64,000 nucleotides of DNA from Vairimorpha necatrix (GCA_036630325.1 CP142727.1:1116001-1180000), one strand, 5' to 3'. Positions 1 to 14,797 are shown, counted from the first letter of the stretch. Program-made: numbers and translations. Notes: generated by a model not told the origin, from the letters alone.

Positions 1-18
1 GTTAGATTTTGTAGGGGA

Positions 19-2671
19 ATGAGGCGAGATTCCGAAGACAGAAGAAATAAAAGTAGTTTTAATTATGTTGGTAAATGTAAAGTGCAATTAGACTTAGAGG
101 GTAAATGTGATGACGATTCCAATTCGGACAAATGTGATTATTATAATGTTGATGGTGGGAAACGTAAGAAGAAAAATTTAGGGGATATACAAGATTATAG
201 CAAAAGGGACAATAATAAGAGAGTTCTGTTGAGAAGGGATGTAAGAGGCATCGCGTATTTAGAGGAGATTATTTCACGGGTAGGAGGAAGAGAGGATGAA
301 GATATTAGTTTTTGTAAGGTTGAAAAATGTATTATCAAGACTCAAGAAGGCAAAAAAGTTGTTAAAAAGGGGCAGGCTATAGCCCAGGCTTTGTTGAAGA
401 AGACGGAAGATTATATTAATAGTTTGGAAAGAAGAAAGATAATTAGAAGGTCGACATCTGACTGGAGAAATTCCATTAGAGCGATTGAGAAACCGAATGG
501 TGATATAAGATTAGTAAGTAATTTAATTGCTCTTAATGACATTGTAGAGAATGACCCTTATGAGTTAACTAGGAAAAGAGATGTTATTAGAAGTACACAG
601 GGATCTGAATTTTTTACCGTGATAGATCTAAGGAGGGGTTTTATAGTATTGAGATTGAAGAGAAGGATAGGTTTAAGGCGGCTTTTGAGTTTAAAAAAAA
701 TGTATCCGAGTGGAATTCGATGGTCATGGGGTTTAAAAACTCACCGCAGATATTACAAAGAATAATGAATGGGATTTTTGAAAAATTTATTGGTAAGGGA
801 ATCGAAATTTATATGGACGATATTGTGATTCATAGTAAGACAAGAGAGGGTCACGACAAATTGTTGAAAGAGGCTGTGGATATATTAGAGGAGAATAGTA
901 TGAAAATTAATTTAGCTAAGGTTCAATTATGTAAACGAGAGGTGATGTTGTTAGGAGTAACAGTTAATGGCAAGGAGATACTGCCATCTGAAATAAAGCA
1001 AAATGAAGCGTTAGAATTTCCCAAACCGGAGTGTGTATCAGATGTTAGGAAGTTTCTTGGGCTGGCTGGATGGTTTAGAAATCATATTGATAATTATGCA
1101 AAACGTACATTGGCGTTGACGGATTCTTTTAAAGGACGAGGAAGTAATTGGAAATGGACAGAAGAAATGGAAAAAGAATATATTAGTTTAAGGGAAGTGA
1201 TTAGGGATTTAAAAGGTTTAGCAATTGTTAATTATAATAAGGAATTTTTGTTACGCACGGATGCGAGTAATGTTGGATTGGTTGCTGTTTTAATGCAGGA
1301 AGATGATCAAGGTAATTGGGTACCAGTACAGTGGGCATCAGAAAAGTTTACGCCTACGGAAACGAGATATGGAATCAGTGAGAAGGAGATGTATGCAGTC
1401 TTTTGGGGAATTAAAAAGTTTGAATATGAACTACGCGGAAGAAGATTTAGGGTAGAAACTGATCATAAGGCATTGATCGAGATTAGAAATAAACCAGTAT
1501 TTAACAATAATAGAATTAACAGGTGGATTGAAAAGATTCAAGAGTTCGACTTTAGCATTGAATATAGAGAGCCTAGTACCATGGTTGTAGCAGATGCACT
1601 GAGTAGGGTACATGAAAATGAGAAAACGCTAATGAATAAGGAGAGAAGTATTAAACAGGCACAGGGTAAATGGGACAAGCATGTTAAAGTTGTTGATGGG
1701 AAGGAAATTTGGGTATTTGACTCTGGTAGAGAAGCGGAGATTCCAAAGAAAGAATTGCGTGAAGGTTTAATTGTCAATGCTCATGAAAATTTGGGACATA
1801 GAAGTTTAGGATCAGTGTACTATGCAATGAAGTTTGAATTTTATTGGCCGGGTATGAAGAAGGATATCGAGGATGTTTTAAAGAAGTGTGAAGTTTGCCA
1901 AATATATAATAGGAAAAAGAGTGGTGGTTGTGATTTTGTTAGTTCAAGATTTTATTTGGAAAAGGTTGCTTTGGATTTGATTGAGGTTAGAGATTTAGGG
2001 AAATATGTGTTGGTCGTGATTGATTATTATACTAGGATCGTTTGGGGAAAAGTAATAGAGGACAAACGCGGAAGCTCGGTTGTAGGATTTTTAAAACAGT
2101 TGTGTGGATCAGGAATGAAACCGGTAGAAATAATTACTGACAACGGTAAAGAATTTAGTAATGAATATATGAGGAATTGGTGTTCAGAGGAAAATGTATT
2201 ACATAGGAAAGTAAGCGTAGAAAGTCATAGAAGTAATGGAAGAGTGGAAAGGGTAATAGGAACCATAAGAGAAGGAATATTGAAAGATGATGCTGTGGAT
2301 TTTGAAGCCAAGGTTAATAGATGTATATGGCGTTATAATAACAGCTATCATGAAGGGTTGAGATGTACACCGTTTGAGGCCTCAAGAGACGAAACGGGCC
2401 ATGTCATGATCGAGAATGGACCTGAAGGATTTTATAGTAGGAGGTTTGTGGCTCGCAAAAGAGAGAAATTCTATAAAGGTCAGAGAGTTAGGGTAGCGAA
2501 GAAAGAGAACTTATCGGGTTGTAGTAGGTATGAGAAGTGAAGTTTTTAGGATATGGTGTTATCAAGGAAGTTTGCGGAGGTGACTCGTACTTAGTTAGTT
2601 TGGAAAATGGTAGGATCGTGAAAAAGCGGCATTATGATTTAAAAGGTCTGCTTGGGATTAATGAGTTCTAG
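19..2671 (+). pseudogene. pol: Disrupted pol (RT YMDD, RNase H TDAS, integrase HHCC + DDE, C-terminal tail)
   Basis: ORFs 19-765 and 720-2540 join through a 1-bp deletion at ~630 (restores IDL-K-EGFYSIEIEEKD). A second shift at ~2538 restores KFLGYG...GDSYLVSLENGRIVKKRHYDLKG to TAG 2669-2671, collinear with element #3. Confidence 0.9.
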
Positions 2672-2698
2672 TATGAGACTACCGTCTTGGAGGGGGGA

Positions 2699-2824
2699 TG
2701 TTATATATCCTTATTATTTTTACCCCTTATGATGGAAAATAAACACATCAAATACGATCAACACAACCACACTATAATCAATAAATAAATAGAATGAGGG
2801 GTTTTCTGAGATTTAAATATAACA
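2699..2824 (+). repeat. Candidate 3' LTR (126 bp) of gypsy #1
   Basis: Starts TG immediately after the PPT; 8-bp terminal inverted repeat TGTTATAT/ATATAACA; partner LTR is outside the window. Confidence 0.7.
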
Positions 2825-5445
2825 TAGTGGTTCATAATACCTAAATTTAGCGATCAAAGACGAAACTTCGGGATAAGCTAATTGTTGTACATTACTATGA
2901 TTTTGAGTGTATGTTTAATTATAAAAATTATACTATCTAAATGATTGATTCTAGGCACTAAAAATATGCAAAAAAAAAGTTTAACTATACAATACATAAG
3001 CATCATATAATTTTCTTATTATACAATATAAACATATTATATTGTCTCTTTACTTTTTAAATTTAACAATTCTACGTGCCGTTATAAATTAAGAACGTAA
3101 AATGGAGCTAAAACATAGATTTAATTTAAATCAGTTTTTTAACGACCCAAACCTTTTAACTTTATACTTTTGACATTGTTAAATAAGCAGTTAAAAGCCA
3201 AAATTGTTATTTATTTTAAAAATATGCTTTAATACCAAGTATAAAATAATTTTAAAAGGCGCATAAAACTCACAGGAAAGCTACATGTGTTTTTATTTTA
3301 CAACTAAGTGTACAAAAAATTACAATAGTTGATAGTAAAATATTAAAATGTTAATATTTAAATTAAAATGATTAAACGTAAAAATAAAATGAAAAATCCG
3401 TTTAAGGCCTTATTAAATGTATTATTTTTCGTTTTTTAATAAAAATAGTTTGGATTTCTAGTTGTGTTTTATTAGGTTTATTGTTATGTTTTTGAAATGT
3501 TTTTTAAAATTCTAAGTCTAAAAAGACAACATGTGGCTATTTTATTTGAATTATATACCTTCACGTATATATATTTTTATTAATTTACAAAATTGTAAAT
3601 TAAACTTTAATTACTTTTTGTGTTTGGAATTTTTATTATGATAAAGTCAAAAAATATAAACAAACAAATCATCGATTAGTAAACCTAATAAAAAACTGTT
3701 TATATGAATATTTTTTACATATGATCACATGTGTAAATATAAAATCCGAACGCAGATAAAATTATAATTTATACAAACTAAGTAATTTTTTACAAATAAA
3801 TAGTCTATGATGAGTAGCTGAAAAACTTTTAAATTTTAATTATTGATGTCAGGTAATAATGATTTCTTTCAAATAAATCAAAATATATATATGTAAGAAG
3901 AAACCCTCAAACATAAAATTTGAATCTCGTAATATAAGGTATAGTGATTTGTGTTTAGATATTTTTAAAATACCACAAAAGCTTCATAAATTATATAGTA
4001 AAGGTTCGGAGATGCCAATGGCTGTTTATTTAAACTTTCTGTCTTTTAATAGGCTTACATAAATTATTTAACAAAAAAAAAACTAAAAATTATCACTAGA
4101 AGATTTTTATATATAAAGAAGTGATATAAAGAAAAAATATCAAACAAAATGGAAAAATTTTTAAACCATTATTTAAAAATTTGTAATAACCAGATAAAAA
4201 TTTTTAATGTCTACTAGGTTTTTTTTGTTGTGATATATTTACGTACAATAAATCATATCTGAATTGCCTGCTTAATTGAAAGCCTTGATATGATATTTTT
4301 AAAAAATTTCGTTATGTAGAATGTAAAAAAAATATGTTTAAATGACGTCTCGAATAATTTTTTTTTTTATTAAATTTTTATTTGATTATTACACTGTCTA
4401 CTCTATTCTCATGCATAATATAAATCTACATTACCATATTAAATTCCTTTTATCAGCATGTTTTTATCTAAAAAATAATCTGCTATAATATATGAAACAA
4501 AAAGCACATTTATAAGCTCTTAATTTTACCTCGTGTCTATATTAAAATTTAAAGATTTGCATCTGGCGGTAACATTATGTCATCAAAAAACCTTAATAAA
4601 TTTGAGAATCTACCCCCAAAGCGAGTACTAAGACGAAATATATCTAAGAAAAATCAAAGTCAATGGTATTTGCTTTACCATTTTGATAATAGCTTAAAAA
4701 CGCATTAATAATACCATTTCTGTTTTTAATATATTTGCAATCTTTTACACTATTACTCATAAAATATAAATAAAATAAGACAAGCGAAATAGAGTTTATA
4801 AACATAAACACATTAAAGAAGCTTTATATACTTAATTGTAAAAAAATGAACTTTTTTTTAATATAAATACAGCTAAATGCGTTTAGAAATTATTTATATC
4901 TTGCATGTTTTCATAATATAAACATTAAAGAAATAATTAACTGATTATTAAAAAAAGTTTATAAATGGATCCAATAGTGGTAATGTTCGATTTAAACTAT
5001 GAGTGGCATAGTCAAGTCTTCGACTGTTTCCTACATTCGCTTTTTCATTTTTTCTTCTTTTAATTATTATAATCAATTCATAAATTTTTTTATATTATAA
5101 AATGTATTGAAGTAATTTATTTCGTAAGCAATCCATTATGTATCATATTTATATAAAAATATTGTCGCAATATGTGACCTATGATAATAATTTTTTTTTA
5201 ATTTTAGTATACACAATACTCGCTATTTTTCAAGCTCAATATTTTAACACTCTATGGCCAGTTTGATGCTATTAAAAGATGCCATATGCAAAAATATATT
5301 AATTTTATTTTTTTTCTGCATTCATTTATTGAAAACGTATAAATGTCATATTGATAATATTGAAGAAAAGTGCAATATTCGGAAAATTGCGAATATCATT
5401 ATAGTAAAATTAAACAATTATTTTGTAATAGGAAAAATCATTTTA

Positions 5446-7680
5446 TTAAAACGTGGTATATATATGCTTGATGATAGTATCGTGTAAAGATTTCCCCCTT
5501 TCCTCCTCATTAATAAATTTTAGAATTTGCATTTCATTTAATATTGTTTTAATATTTCCAAGGATTATTTCCCATTTCGCTTTTACTATTGTTCTCGTAT
5601 AAATTTCAGTAATAAAAAAACCTACTAAAACTCTATATAATTCAATTGGAGCTTGTTTTTGTAATTTAACTTCTATATTATATAACAATGCTTTTTCAAA
5701 AAAATCTTTTACTTTGTTTTTATACTCTTTTATTGAATCTTCCGGCAATCCTTGTTTATTTACGTACTCATTAAATATTTTGTCAATTATTTTTTGCCCT
5801 TCGTTCATCAATTTATTAAAAAAATTCTGAATTACATTATCATCAAATAAATTCAGAACGTCTTTATCTAGCGCTTTTATATTTATCGCATTTAATTCTT
5901 GGTCTAATGTTGATTTTTTTAGTATTTCTCCTATATTTTTTATTTCTTCTTCCTTTAGTTTCCTTTTTTCTTCATATTTTATGTATAACGCAGTGTTTAT
6001 TGATAAAATGTTTTTTATCAATTTAATATCCTTATCTATCTTAGATTCATTAAGTTGTAAATTTTTTATTATTTCATTTTTACTAAAAATCTCTTTAGTT
6101 TTTTGGTGTACAAATGTAGAGATTTTTAAACCCGTAAACAAAGAAATTAACTTACAAATATTTTTCAAAGTGTCTTTTTTGTATATTATAATATTATCGA
6201 CATGTGTTCTTTTTAATTCTTCAACTATTTTTATTATATCAAAAACTTCTGTTTTAAATTTATTTCCCTCTTCATTTTTCATAGAATTAATTAATACATT
6301 TATATCCTTTAAAGATCGAATAATTATATCGTCACTTAAGTTATTTTCATTAAAATATTGTTCTAATTCTAAAAGTAGACAGATTTTTATTAAAAAACAT
6401 TCGGCGATGTTTAAAATTGCTAAAAAACCACATAATGCTTTTACAATTTTGTTCTTCTGATCTACTATATTATTATTGGTATCTTCCATTTGTCCCGTTA
6501 TGATATCTAATTCATTTTTATCTAAAACTCCAAATAATTGCAGAAGATGACATATTATATAATTCAAAGCAGACATGGAATTATTTAAGATTCTAGTTAT
6601 CAGAAATTCTACTTTGTTGTGATAATTCAATAATCTATATAAAAATTCGATACATTTGGTGTTGTCTTCGTTTTTAATCAAGTTAAATTTTTTTAATATA
6701 TCTTTAAAACCAATAAAAATATTCGGCGTTATAAAATAAAATAGATGATCGCAATTTTCATTGCTTTTTACATAGTAGACATATTCCATAGAAATTATTT
6801 TGAAGCTTATTGAGGTTGCTTTTATTTCAAGCTTGAAGTAGTAAGGATATTTTATCTCAATTTCATTTGGATTGATACTTACACTATACACTTCAGAAAG
6901 TGTATCAATGTAGTTAATATCATTTATGTGAAATAGCCTAAGCAAAATATTTGTTATTTTTTCGTCAATCGTACACAAATTCGAAGTTTTTATTTCACTG
7001 TAGTTATTAAGTTCGTCATTATCAAGTTTATTAATATTAAATTCAAATAAATAAGAAAAATTGTTTTCTTTAATACAAAATCTAAAATAATACGCATGGT
7101 CATTTTCATATTTTAGATAAGTTATTGGAAATATTGGCAAACTTAGTTTATATTCGTTTATGGAATTGTATGCCTTTATTTCGTTAGACAATTTATGTAA
7201 AGAACAATTCATCTTGTCAATAGATTCATAATAAATTTCAAATCCCTTTTTTCTAAATTGTCTTTTTTTGTTTTCTTTTTTTATATCTTCAATGACTTGT
7301 TTTAATAATAAACTGTTTGTATATTGAAAATGGCTATATAACAATACAATTTTTTCATTACATGGGAAATTTAAAAGTCTTTTTATGTTTTCTTCAATTT
7401 CCAAGATAATACTATAAAAAGTTTTGTTTTCGCAGTGTACTTCAAACCATTTATCTTTTTTTTGTAACTTATTATTGGAAATATAATCATTTATTGTACA
7501 ACTTATAGTTTTAGTATATTCATATAAAAACAAACTTACTATAGTGTATTCTTTAGACGAATCGAATACCGTATAATCCTTAGTTCGTATTTTATTGAGT
7601 ACTATATTTTTTAGATTGTTATATATATTTATATTAGATTTTTCAAAAAAAATATATAATAATATTTTATAAATTTTCAT
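5446..7680 (-). CDS. Hypothetical 744-aa protein, paralog 1 of a four-member family, possible signal peptide
   Basis: Long intact ORF; CCCC motif 2 nt before the ATG; shared motifs (KI..RDY.VF, SALN..CHL, ELDII.G, YLIKICLL.E.E..NEN) with ORFs at 26349, 43755 and 51345. Confidence 0.92.
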   Translation of the reverse strand: MKIYKILLYIFFEKSNINIYNNLKNIVLNKIRTKDYTVFDSSKEYTIVSLFLYEYTKTISCTINDYISNNKLQKKDKWFEVHCENKTFYSIILEIEENIKRLLNFPCNEKIVLLYSHFQYTNSLLLKQVIEDIKKENKKRQFRKKGFEIYYESIDKMNCSLHKLSNEIKAYNSINEYKLSLPIFPITYLKYENDHAYYFRFCIKENNFSYLFEFNINKLDNDELNNYSEIKTSNLCTIDEKITNILLRLFHINDINYIDTLSEVYSVSINPNEIEIKYPYYFKLEIKATSISFKIISMEYVYYVKSNENCDHLFYFITPNIFIGFKDILKKFNLIKNEDNTKCIEFLYRLLNYHNKVEFLITRILNNSMSALNYIICHLLQLFGVLDKNELDIITGQMEDTNNNIVDQKNKIVKALCGFLAILNIAECFLIKICLLLELEQYFNENNLSDDIIIRSLKDINVLINSMKNEEGNKFKTEVFDIIKIVEELKRTHVDNIIIYKKDTLKNICKLISLFTGLKISTFVHQKTKEIFSKNEIIKNLQLNESKIDKDIKLIKNILSINTALYIKYEEKRKLKEEEIKNIGEILKKSTLDQELNAINIKALDKDVLNLFDDNVIQNFFNKLMNEGQKIIDKIFNEYVNKQGLPEDSIKEYKNKVKDFFEKALLYNIEVKLQKQAPIELYRVLVGFFITEIYTRTIVKAKWEIILGNIKTILNEMQILKFINEEERGKSLHDTIIKHIYTTF

Positions 7681-10600
7681 AAGGGGAAAACGAACATAAC
7701 TTTAAAATTATCCCGTCACACATTAATAAAAGAATTTTATTTACATAAACTTTAAAATAAAGAAGACAGCAACAAACGTTACGTACTAATGATGTATAGT
7801 TGATGATGTTTAAAGAATTTATGCGATTCATAATGTAAAAAAAAACAATTGGTTGTATAACTATATATTCGAAATTTTATTATTTATAAAACATGTAAAT
7901 AAATCGTATAAATTATTTACTACTTATAAATAAAAAAAAAAATATACCTTATGAATATTTTCAAAATTTTTATTATATAACCTTTTGACATGTTTATCTT
8001 AAAGACTCTTTGAAACTTAGTTACAAAAAACTCCAATTTGAATTTTCCAAGAATTTAAAAATTTTTCTTTTAAAATAAATTAAAAAAATATTTATTTATG
8101 ATCTTTGTTCACATTTTACTTTTTGACAGTCGTTTAAGCATGTTTGAGAAAACCAAGATTAATTATAAATAAGTACACATAATTGTGTCTTTTTAAACAC
8201 TAAGGTCTTTATAAAAAATTATAGAAATTCTTCTTCAATTTTATTTCAAATTTCCTTATATATTCCAAACATATTAAAAAAAATTGGAATATACATGTCA
8301 TAATTGTATGTCTTTTTGTATAACAAAAAAAACAAATCAAATGTTTAGCTTTATTTAAAAGAAAGATCTTATAATAATAAAATGTAATGGAAGTTACTTT
8401 AGATTTTATTTACAAGATTTATCTATAAATGAAACCATATGAGGAAATAAAATATACATACAGTTTATAGACAACTTTATGAAGGCTAATTTTACTCTTT
8501 TCTTAAAACCAATGGCTCTCAATACATACCATAAAAGGAAATTTTTCAAGTTTGAAATTTTGTATAATTGAATTCCTAATCTTCTTTGTTTTAGTCGGCA
8601 CGAAAATATGTCTATCTATAAAGATTTTTGTAACCTTATTGATGTTGTTATTATCTTAAAATTGATCTCATTTGATATACAATCATTGCCCACATATTTT
8701 GTTAAAAAAATATAGATTATATTTAGATGTTACTTTCAATATTTCACGAAATCATGATTTTCATTACTATCCAAATTATAGAATATTTATTCGTTTATAT
8801 GTAATATGACATATTAAACTTTAAAAAATAAAAAATTTTCTAAGGTAGATATATCTACAAAATTTATCACACCTCTCAATTTATTTTGTATTATACGTGA
8901 TAAGTAGAGCAAATTTTACGTAGTATTTTAAGAATTAAAATTTTACTCATGAAATTAATACTAAGAGATTATTACACATATAACCCAGATCAAAATTCTT
9001 GACCTATAAAAGCAACTGGACCAAATTTCTAGATTTAGTCGTAAAAAAATCGAATGGCATGAAATCGTTTGCGTTCAAACAACATATACAGATTAATTTA
9101 TTTGATAAGTTTTGAATCACTAGAGGATTTAATTCATTACAAATACAGAATGGTTTGTTGTTATCTGCATCTGCAAAAATTTATTTGCACTACAAAAATA
9201 CAATCCAGTATTTTATGCTCTCTTGTATCGACTTTTAACATTAAGTTTCATGCATTCCAAAACTATAGAATAAATAATGACAAAACATCATACCTATTAA
9301 ATGTCTAATTTTTATTATAAATACAGGATCTCAGAAAAGTCACCAACAAGGTTTTATAATGACCATTTATTATATTGGTAAAATGAAATTTAAATTAATA
9401 TAAATATCTTCATGCTTTTGTTTAAAACAATGCATGCATAAATTACTTGTGAATTGTTTTACACAATTTTTTTAAACAAATATGATATTTAAAAACGTTT
9501 AGTGTTTTTGAGATATTTCAAGGAATTTTGGTAGTAGAACAACTATTTAGATAAATGCGAAGCATTTTTTGCGTATGATTATATTCATATTTTTTTTTTT
9601 CTTACTTATGAAACAACCCAACGAAAAAAACTTGCGTTTTTTTATTAGAAAAAATCCTTTCTAAAAAGACATTTTTATCACTATGTAAACAAGTTAAAAC
9701 CCTTATGCTTTTATAAACGGTTCTTTTTTATTTTAATTTGACAGTTGAAACAACAATTATATATTATCGTATTGAAATCTAAAAAACCTAGATAAATATT
9801 AATTAAATTTTGATTTAAATAATAAATCTTAAATGAATCAAAAATGTTGTAATTAACATAATACAATTCTTATCTTTAGATTTCTGAATAAATTAATACT
9901 GCGTCGTGAAATCTACTAGAATTCAATAAAATTATGCAAGTTTTTATAAAAGCATTACTTATAGACTTCTGCACAGTTTAACAAAGTTTGGCTGATGCCT
10001 TTATAAACAAAAGATTTGTGAAAACAATATTTACAATTATAAGTTATGTTGAAGCTTAACGATATAGGGTATATTTCAAGGAAATTGACTCGAAATCTTT
10101 AAATTTCATGATTATAGTTAACAACTATGTTAGCAACACTTTTTTCAATATACTAGGTTTGTATTTTTTTCTGGTTTAAAAAAAATTTTTAATATGTTAA
10201 TGAGAACTAATAATTTTTTATTCTATCTTTCAATCACACATGTGGTTTCAGTTATATCTTTATTATAATATATAAATTTTCGTATCTAAACATGATTACA
10301 ACGTAACTTATCGACATAATCAATTAATATTAACTAAATAGCATTGAAATTAGATACTGATTCACTTATTAAAATTATAAATGATAAAATACTTAAAGTT
10401 GAAATATTATAAGAAACATTATATCATCTAAAAATAAAGTTTGTTAGACCAAGACACGTATATTTTAAAAAAAGATAAGGGTATTTAAAGAAGATCAGAA
10501 AAATACCAACGAATTATAGAGTTGTGTTGGAACACTTAAATTAACAAAATGTATCTTCAAGTAGATAATGAACTTATGGAAAAGCATTTAAGGACAAAGA

Positions 10601-13600
10601 TGAAATTATAATAAATGATTGCGTTGTGGAACAAGAATTATACAACCTTGTCGAAAAATAATGAATGATACAAGAAAACGCTGATGAAAAAAAAAATATT
10701 TTATTATAACAAGTCAAAATTAGAAATAATTTTATAATATCAATGTTAACCACAAACCAACAAAAGAATAGTGATTCCGCTAAAAAAAAATCAATATTAA
10801 AAAACTTACAATTGCAAATCAACTTATAAAGATGGAGAAGCTATTTATATCAATAAAAAACAAACCGAAAGAGATCTTTAGCTTAAACCGACCAATCGAA
10901 TAAAATTGAAATAATACCCAAATATTGCGAATTATAAATATACTAGACGATTTCAACTTGTAAGAATTATGTTTTCACATAAATATTAAAAAATTATATT
11001 TATACATAGTAGAGAAAAAAAAATACATTTCTTCCAAAATGATCCAATTACTGGTGCTTTAAATTTTATAATTAGACTTTGCAAATTTATAATGACGTGT
11101 AAACTATTAAATACGAATAAAAAATGTAATAAATTAATCGAAATAATTTTTATATTTTGACTATTGGAAAGTAAAAGCGACAACCAATATTATGAATATA
11201 TTAGATCCGCTTAAAAAGGTTTTAATCGCTTTAAAAGTTGTTTACAAAAAAAAATTCGAAAATAATAATGAAATTTTATATTACTTAAATGCTTAAAACA
11301 TTTCAATAGATATATTAAAAATAAAATTAATTTCTGCTCATAAAATAAAAAATTTTTTGATGTAATTGTGAAATGCTTATTTAAATAAATAATTTTTCGA
11401 AATTTTAGCATCTTTCATTACCACAAAAGTGAATTATAGGTTATATTTTCATTTAAAATCTCATACGCATGTCTTATAAATACCGATTCTTAAATAATAC
11501 TAGTTTTTAAAAAAAATAAAAAAACAAGCTAAAATTTTAATTATCGAAAGTACTAAATGATTTTTTTTATTATAAATTACTGTAAAAGCCTTTTAAAATT
11601 AAATTTATGCAAACAAAAAAAAGTATTGATCAGGTAATTATAAGAAGAAAGGAACAGAACAAATGTTGTATGATTCTAGTACTATATAGGTTGTATTTTA
11701 CTTCTAAAACTATTAAATAGAATTTTTTTTAACAATACTTTAAATGAGCTTTCTAAAAAAATTATATATATGGTAATATTGTCCCATCATGGTTTACTCC
11801 TTGTAATAATTTAAAATCATACTTATAAATAAAATTTTATTATATCGGAGAAGCTAAAATAATATCAAAGATGTCGTTTTCAAAATTCTTACAGACATTA
11901 GCACATATAGTTTTTCATAAATCTTTAAAATCCAAAGAGTTTGGTTAGTAAAGGCACATCTTAGGTCAAATGCAGCGAATATTATGTTTTGGGGGCCAAA
12001 GAGTTAGAAGAAGCAGAGTAACTATATATTTTAACTTCAAATTGCTGTGTTTGTAAAACAAAAGAGAGTAATATGTACAAATCTTTGAAGAAAAAATTAG
12101 AAGATTCAGATAGGGAAATGTAAAAAAATCATAAATTATATAGTTGAACGTACGGTTGGTATGCTGTGCAAGCATAAGACCACATTGATTTAAACTAATA
12201 CAAATCTATAAAATCTTTTCTCATAGCAATTAACAGATGTTTTTTAGCGTTAATTATCTTTCAATAGCAATCAAGGGGTTTGCAATATGGCTTGAAAACA
12301 TTGTGCGATTATAAAGAGAATGAGGTTCGATGCGACACCTAAAAAAAGATTTTATGTAGTAGATATATTATTTTCTCAACAATAAACCTGTTGTCGAACT
12401 ATCAAATGTAAAGATATGATTTTCAAGCATCCAATCAGAATTATTTACTTCGTTTAAAAATGTATCTTATTCTATATCCAAGGTAGATTTAATTACTTTT
12501 TGTACATGAATAACTACCTACGATATCAACTGTCTTGTGTTCTCGTATTGCATTTTTAGAGCTAGATTAAGAAATAAATATGTTAGACTTGATAAGGCAC
12601 TGTGGGTATACACTACAAATTATAAAAATGGTGGCAGAAACTGATGGGAGGATATAGTAAAGCAGTTTAAAGAATACCGGGAGAATGATGTGGGATCGTA
12701 AAATATGTTTTGAGTTGCGGATAATGGTTGATATTTTTATTAGAGATACATATGGCGGAAAATTCGACACGTGTACCTGCATTTTACGGCTGTTTTTTTT
12801 TCTGGAAAAAGATAAGATTATTGGTAAATTATTCTTCATAAGTTTACGTCAAAGAACTATAGCAGATCCTACCTCGAGTATAGTTTCTCCTCATATTTCT
12901 GGTAAGTAAGATACTAACGGTTTTACAAAAAAGATAACATTCACAATCTTCCAAGTTTATCTGTATATTATTTTTTCCTCTTACTACAAAGTAGAATTAA
13001 AAAAAGATAAAACCAAAAACCTAAATTCTAGTAGTATTGTTTATTTCACACGAAGATGTTGATTCAATAACTATGACTTTCTAAGAAATTGTTTTAATGT
13101 GAAAAAAAAAATAAAGTTTAGCTAATTTTTTAGCAAAAAATACATGTTTTTAGCTTTTATCAGTAAAAACATTTTTTTCTTTGAAAAGTTACATCATTAA
13201 TCACGATACATTTTTTTTTCATTTTTTTTGGTATCATAACGACAAAAGATATTTTGTACATTGATTAGTGTGGTATAATATCTCATACCACATGTTTATG
13301 GTGACCAATAGACGATGAAACGCTAATGTGCTTTGATACACGTCAAGCATCTCTAATTGTTAGTGGACAGTTCTGAAACACTAATTTCTAATTGGTTACA
13401 CACAAATATAAATAACGAAATTCATCACTTAAAAAAAATGAGAATGCCTAAGAACAACAACAGCCGCACTTCAGCTCAGGCCCATGACGCCAATAACAAT
13501 AAACACTATTCAAATACATTTACACCTACCTTGGGAATTCACGGTGCACATAACCGTAGCATTATTGAATGCTTTCTTGCCACTGGCACAATTCCAGGTA

Positions 13601-14797
13601 ATACGCCAATTAGCAAATTGAAACTATAAATTTTGTTACATTTAATTCATTTTTTACTTTACCCCGAATAATAGCCTTTCTAGTAACATAGTCTATTTTT
13701 TATGACGCGGATTTAGTAACTTATCTAATAATTTCTTCGATACAATTACAAATCTCTTATATGCTATAGATTTATTCTGAACTTCGTTCTGCAAAAACTT
13801 AATGTTTTAACTAAGTCTTATATGTATCGTTGAAAATGTGCCTCACAAATTTTTGTAGAAATTATAAAGATCTTCATTGAGCACGTTTATAAGCTATATA
13901 AAACGCTAAAATTTGTAATTTTTATTCACTACAATTTATATTAAAAAACAAATATAGTCTGTGATTCGGTCATATGCGAATTTCCTAATTTTAATTTCAA
14001 ATCATAAAAATTTATGTCGACATTAAATATGTAACAGTTTAATTGCATAATGATCGAAAAGCATTGATAATTAATATTGTTTGTAATTCAATTCCGCTTC
14101 AAATATCTCTATCTTTTTTAGAATCTTAATACGTTAATGCTGTTCTCAAAAAATTAAGGCGGCATTACATTTTTCGGATGAAAATTTGATTACAGAATGT
14201 ATTCTCTGGCATAATTATTCATTTTTACGCATAATATCTGCTGTAATATTGATCAAAGAAAAATTTTATATTTATTTAAAAAATATCAAAAAACAAAAGA
14301 AGTAACAATCTTAGCCTTCTGTTTAGATATTTAAGAACTATATTAGCAGTCTCGGAACTTAAATTCTTTTGTAAATAATAGTATCTCTCCTGATCAAACC
14401 TCTTATTTACATTTCTGAGATTAGTAGGACAAATTATCTAATTTTTTAATGTATTATATATATAACGAAGCATGTATAAGATTATAGATTTTTTAATATT
14501 TTTAATTTATGTAAAAAAATAATATATTAAAAGCACATATCACCGAAGATAACTCTAGTTATAAAATCGGACTCATTAACCAAGAAAAAGGTGGCAGAAC
14601 GAATCATTACAACACTTGACCTATATGATAGGGTGTAAAGATAATAATAATTAAAAATAATCCATAATTCTTTGTTTATAAATAGATTTATCAAAATGTT
14701 TATAATAATCAAATAGAACATATATTTCTAAGGAACGTAAAATTTATTAATATAAAATTCTCTTAAAAAACGAATTCCCGTTTTTTAAAATAAATTT

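Larger units (their letters stand above)
1..2824 (+). mobile_element. Ty3/gypsy LTR retrotransposon #1 (5' part outside window)
   Basis: RT-RNaseH-integrase order, polypurine tract GGAGGGGGGA at 2689-2698, then a candidate 3' LTR bounded by TGTTATAT...ATATAACA. Confidence 0.92.

Noticed and set aside
5981-6460. Antisense ORFs over long genes (also 27761-28189, 51427-51885, 45680-45922 and those over the pol genes)
   Set aside because: Shadow frames rich in F/L/I/S, a by-product of A-rich sense codons
10450-11220. A-rich coding-like tracts (also ~18450-19000 and ~55000-55450)
   Set aside because: Many stops in all frames and no identifiable homology; cannot be called pseudogenes by eye
13357-13660. 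GC-richer patch with a 90-aa ORF and a signal-like broken frame on the minus strand
   Set aside because: No intact ATG-initiated frame or recognisable motif; at most a decayed gene
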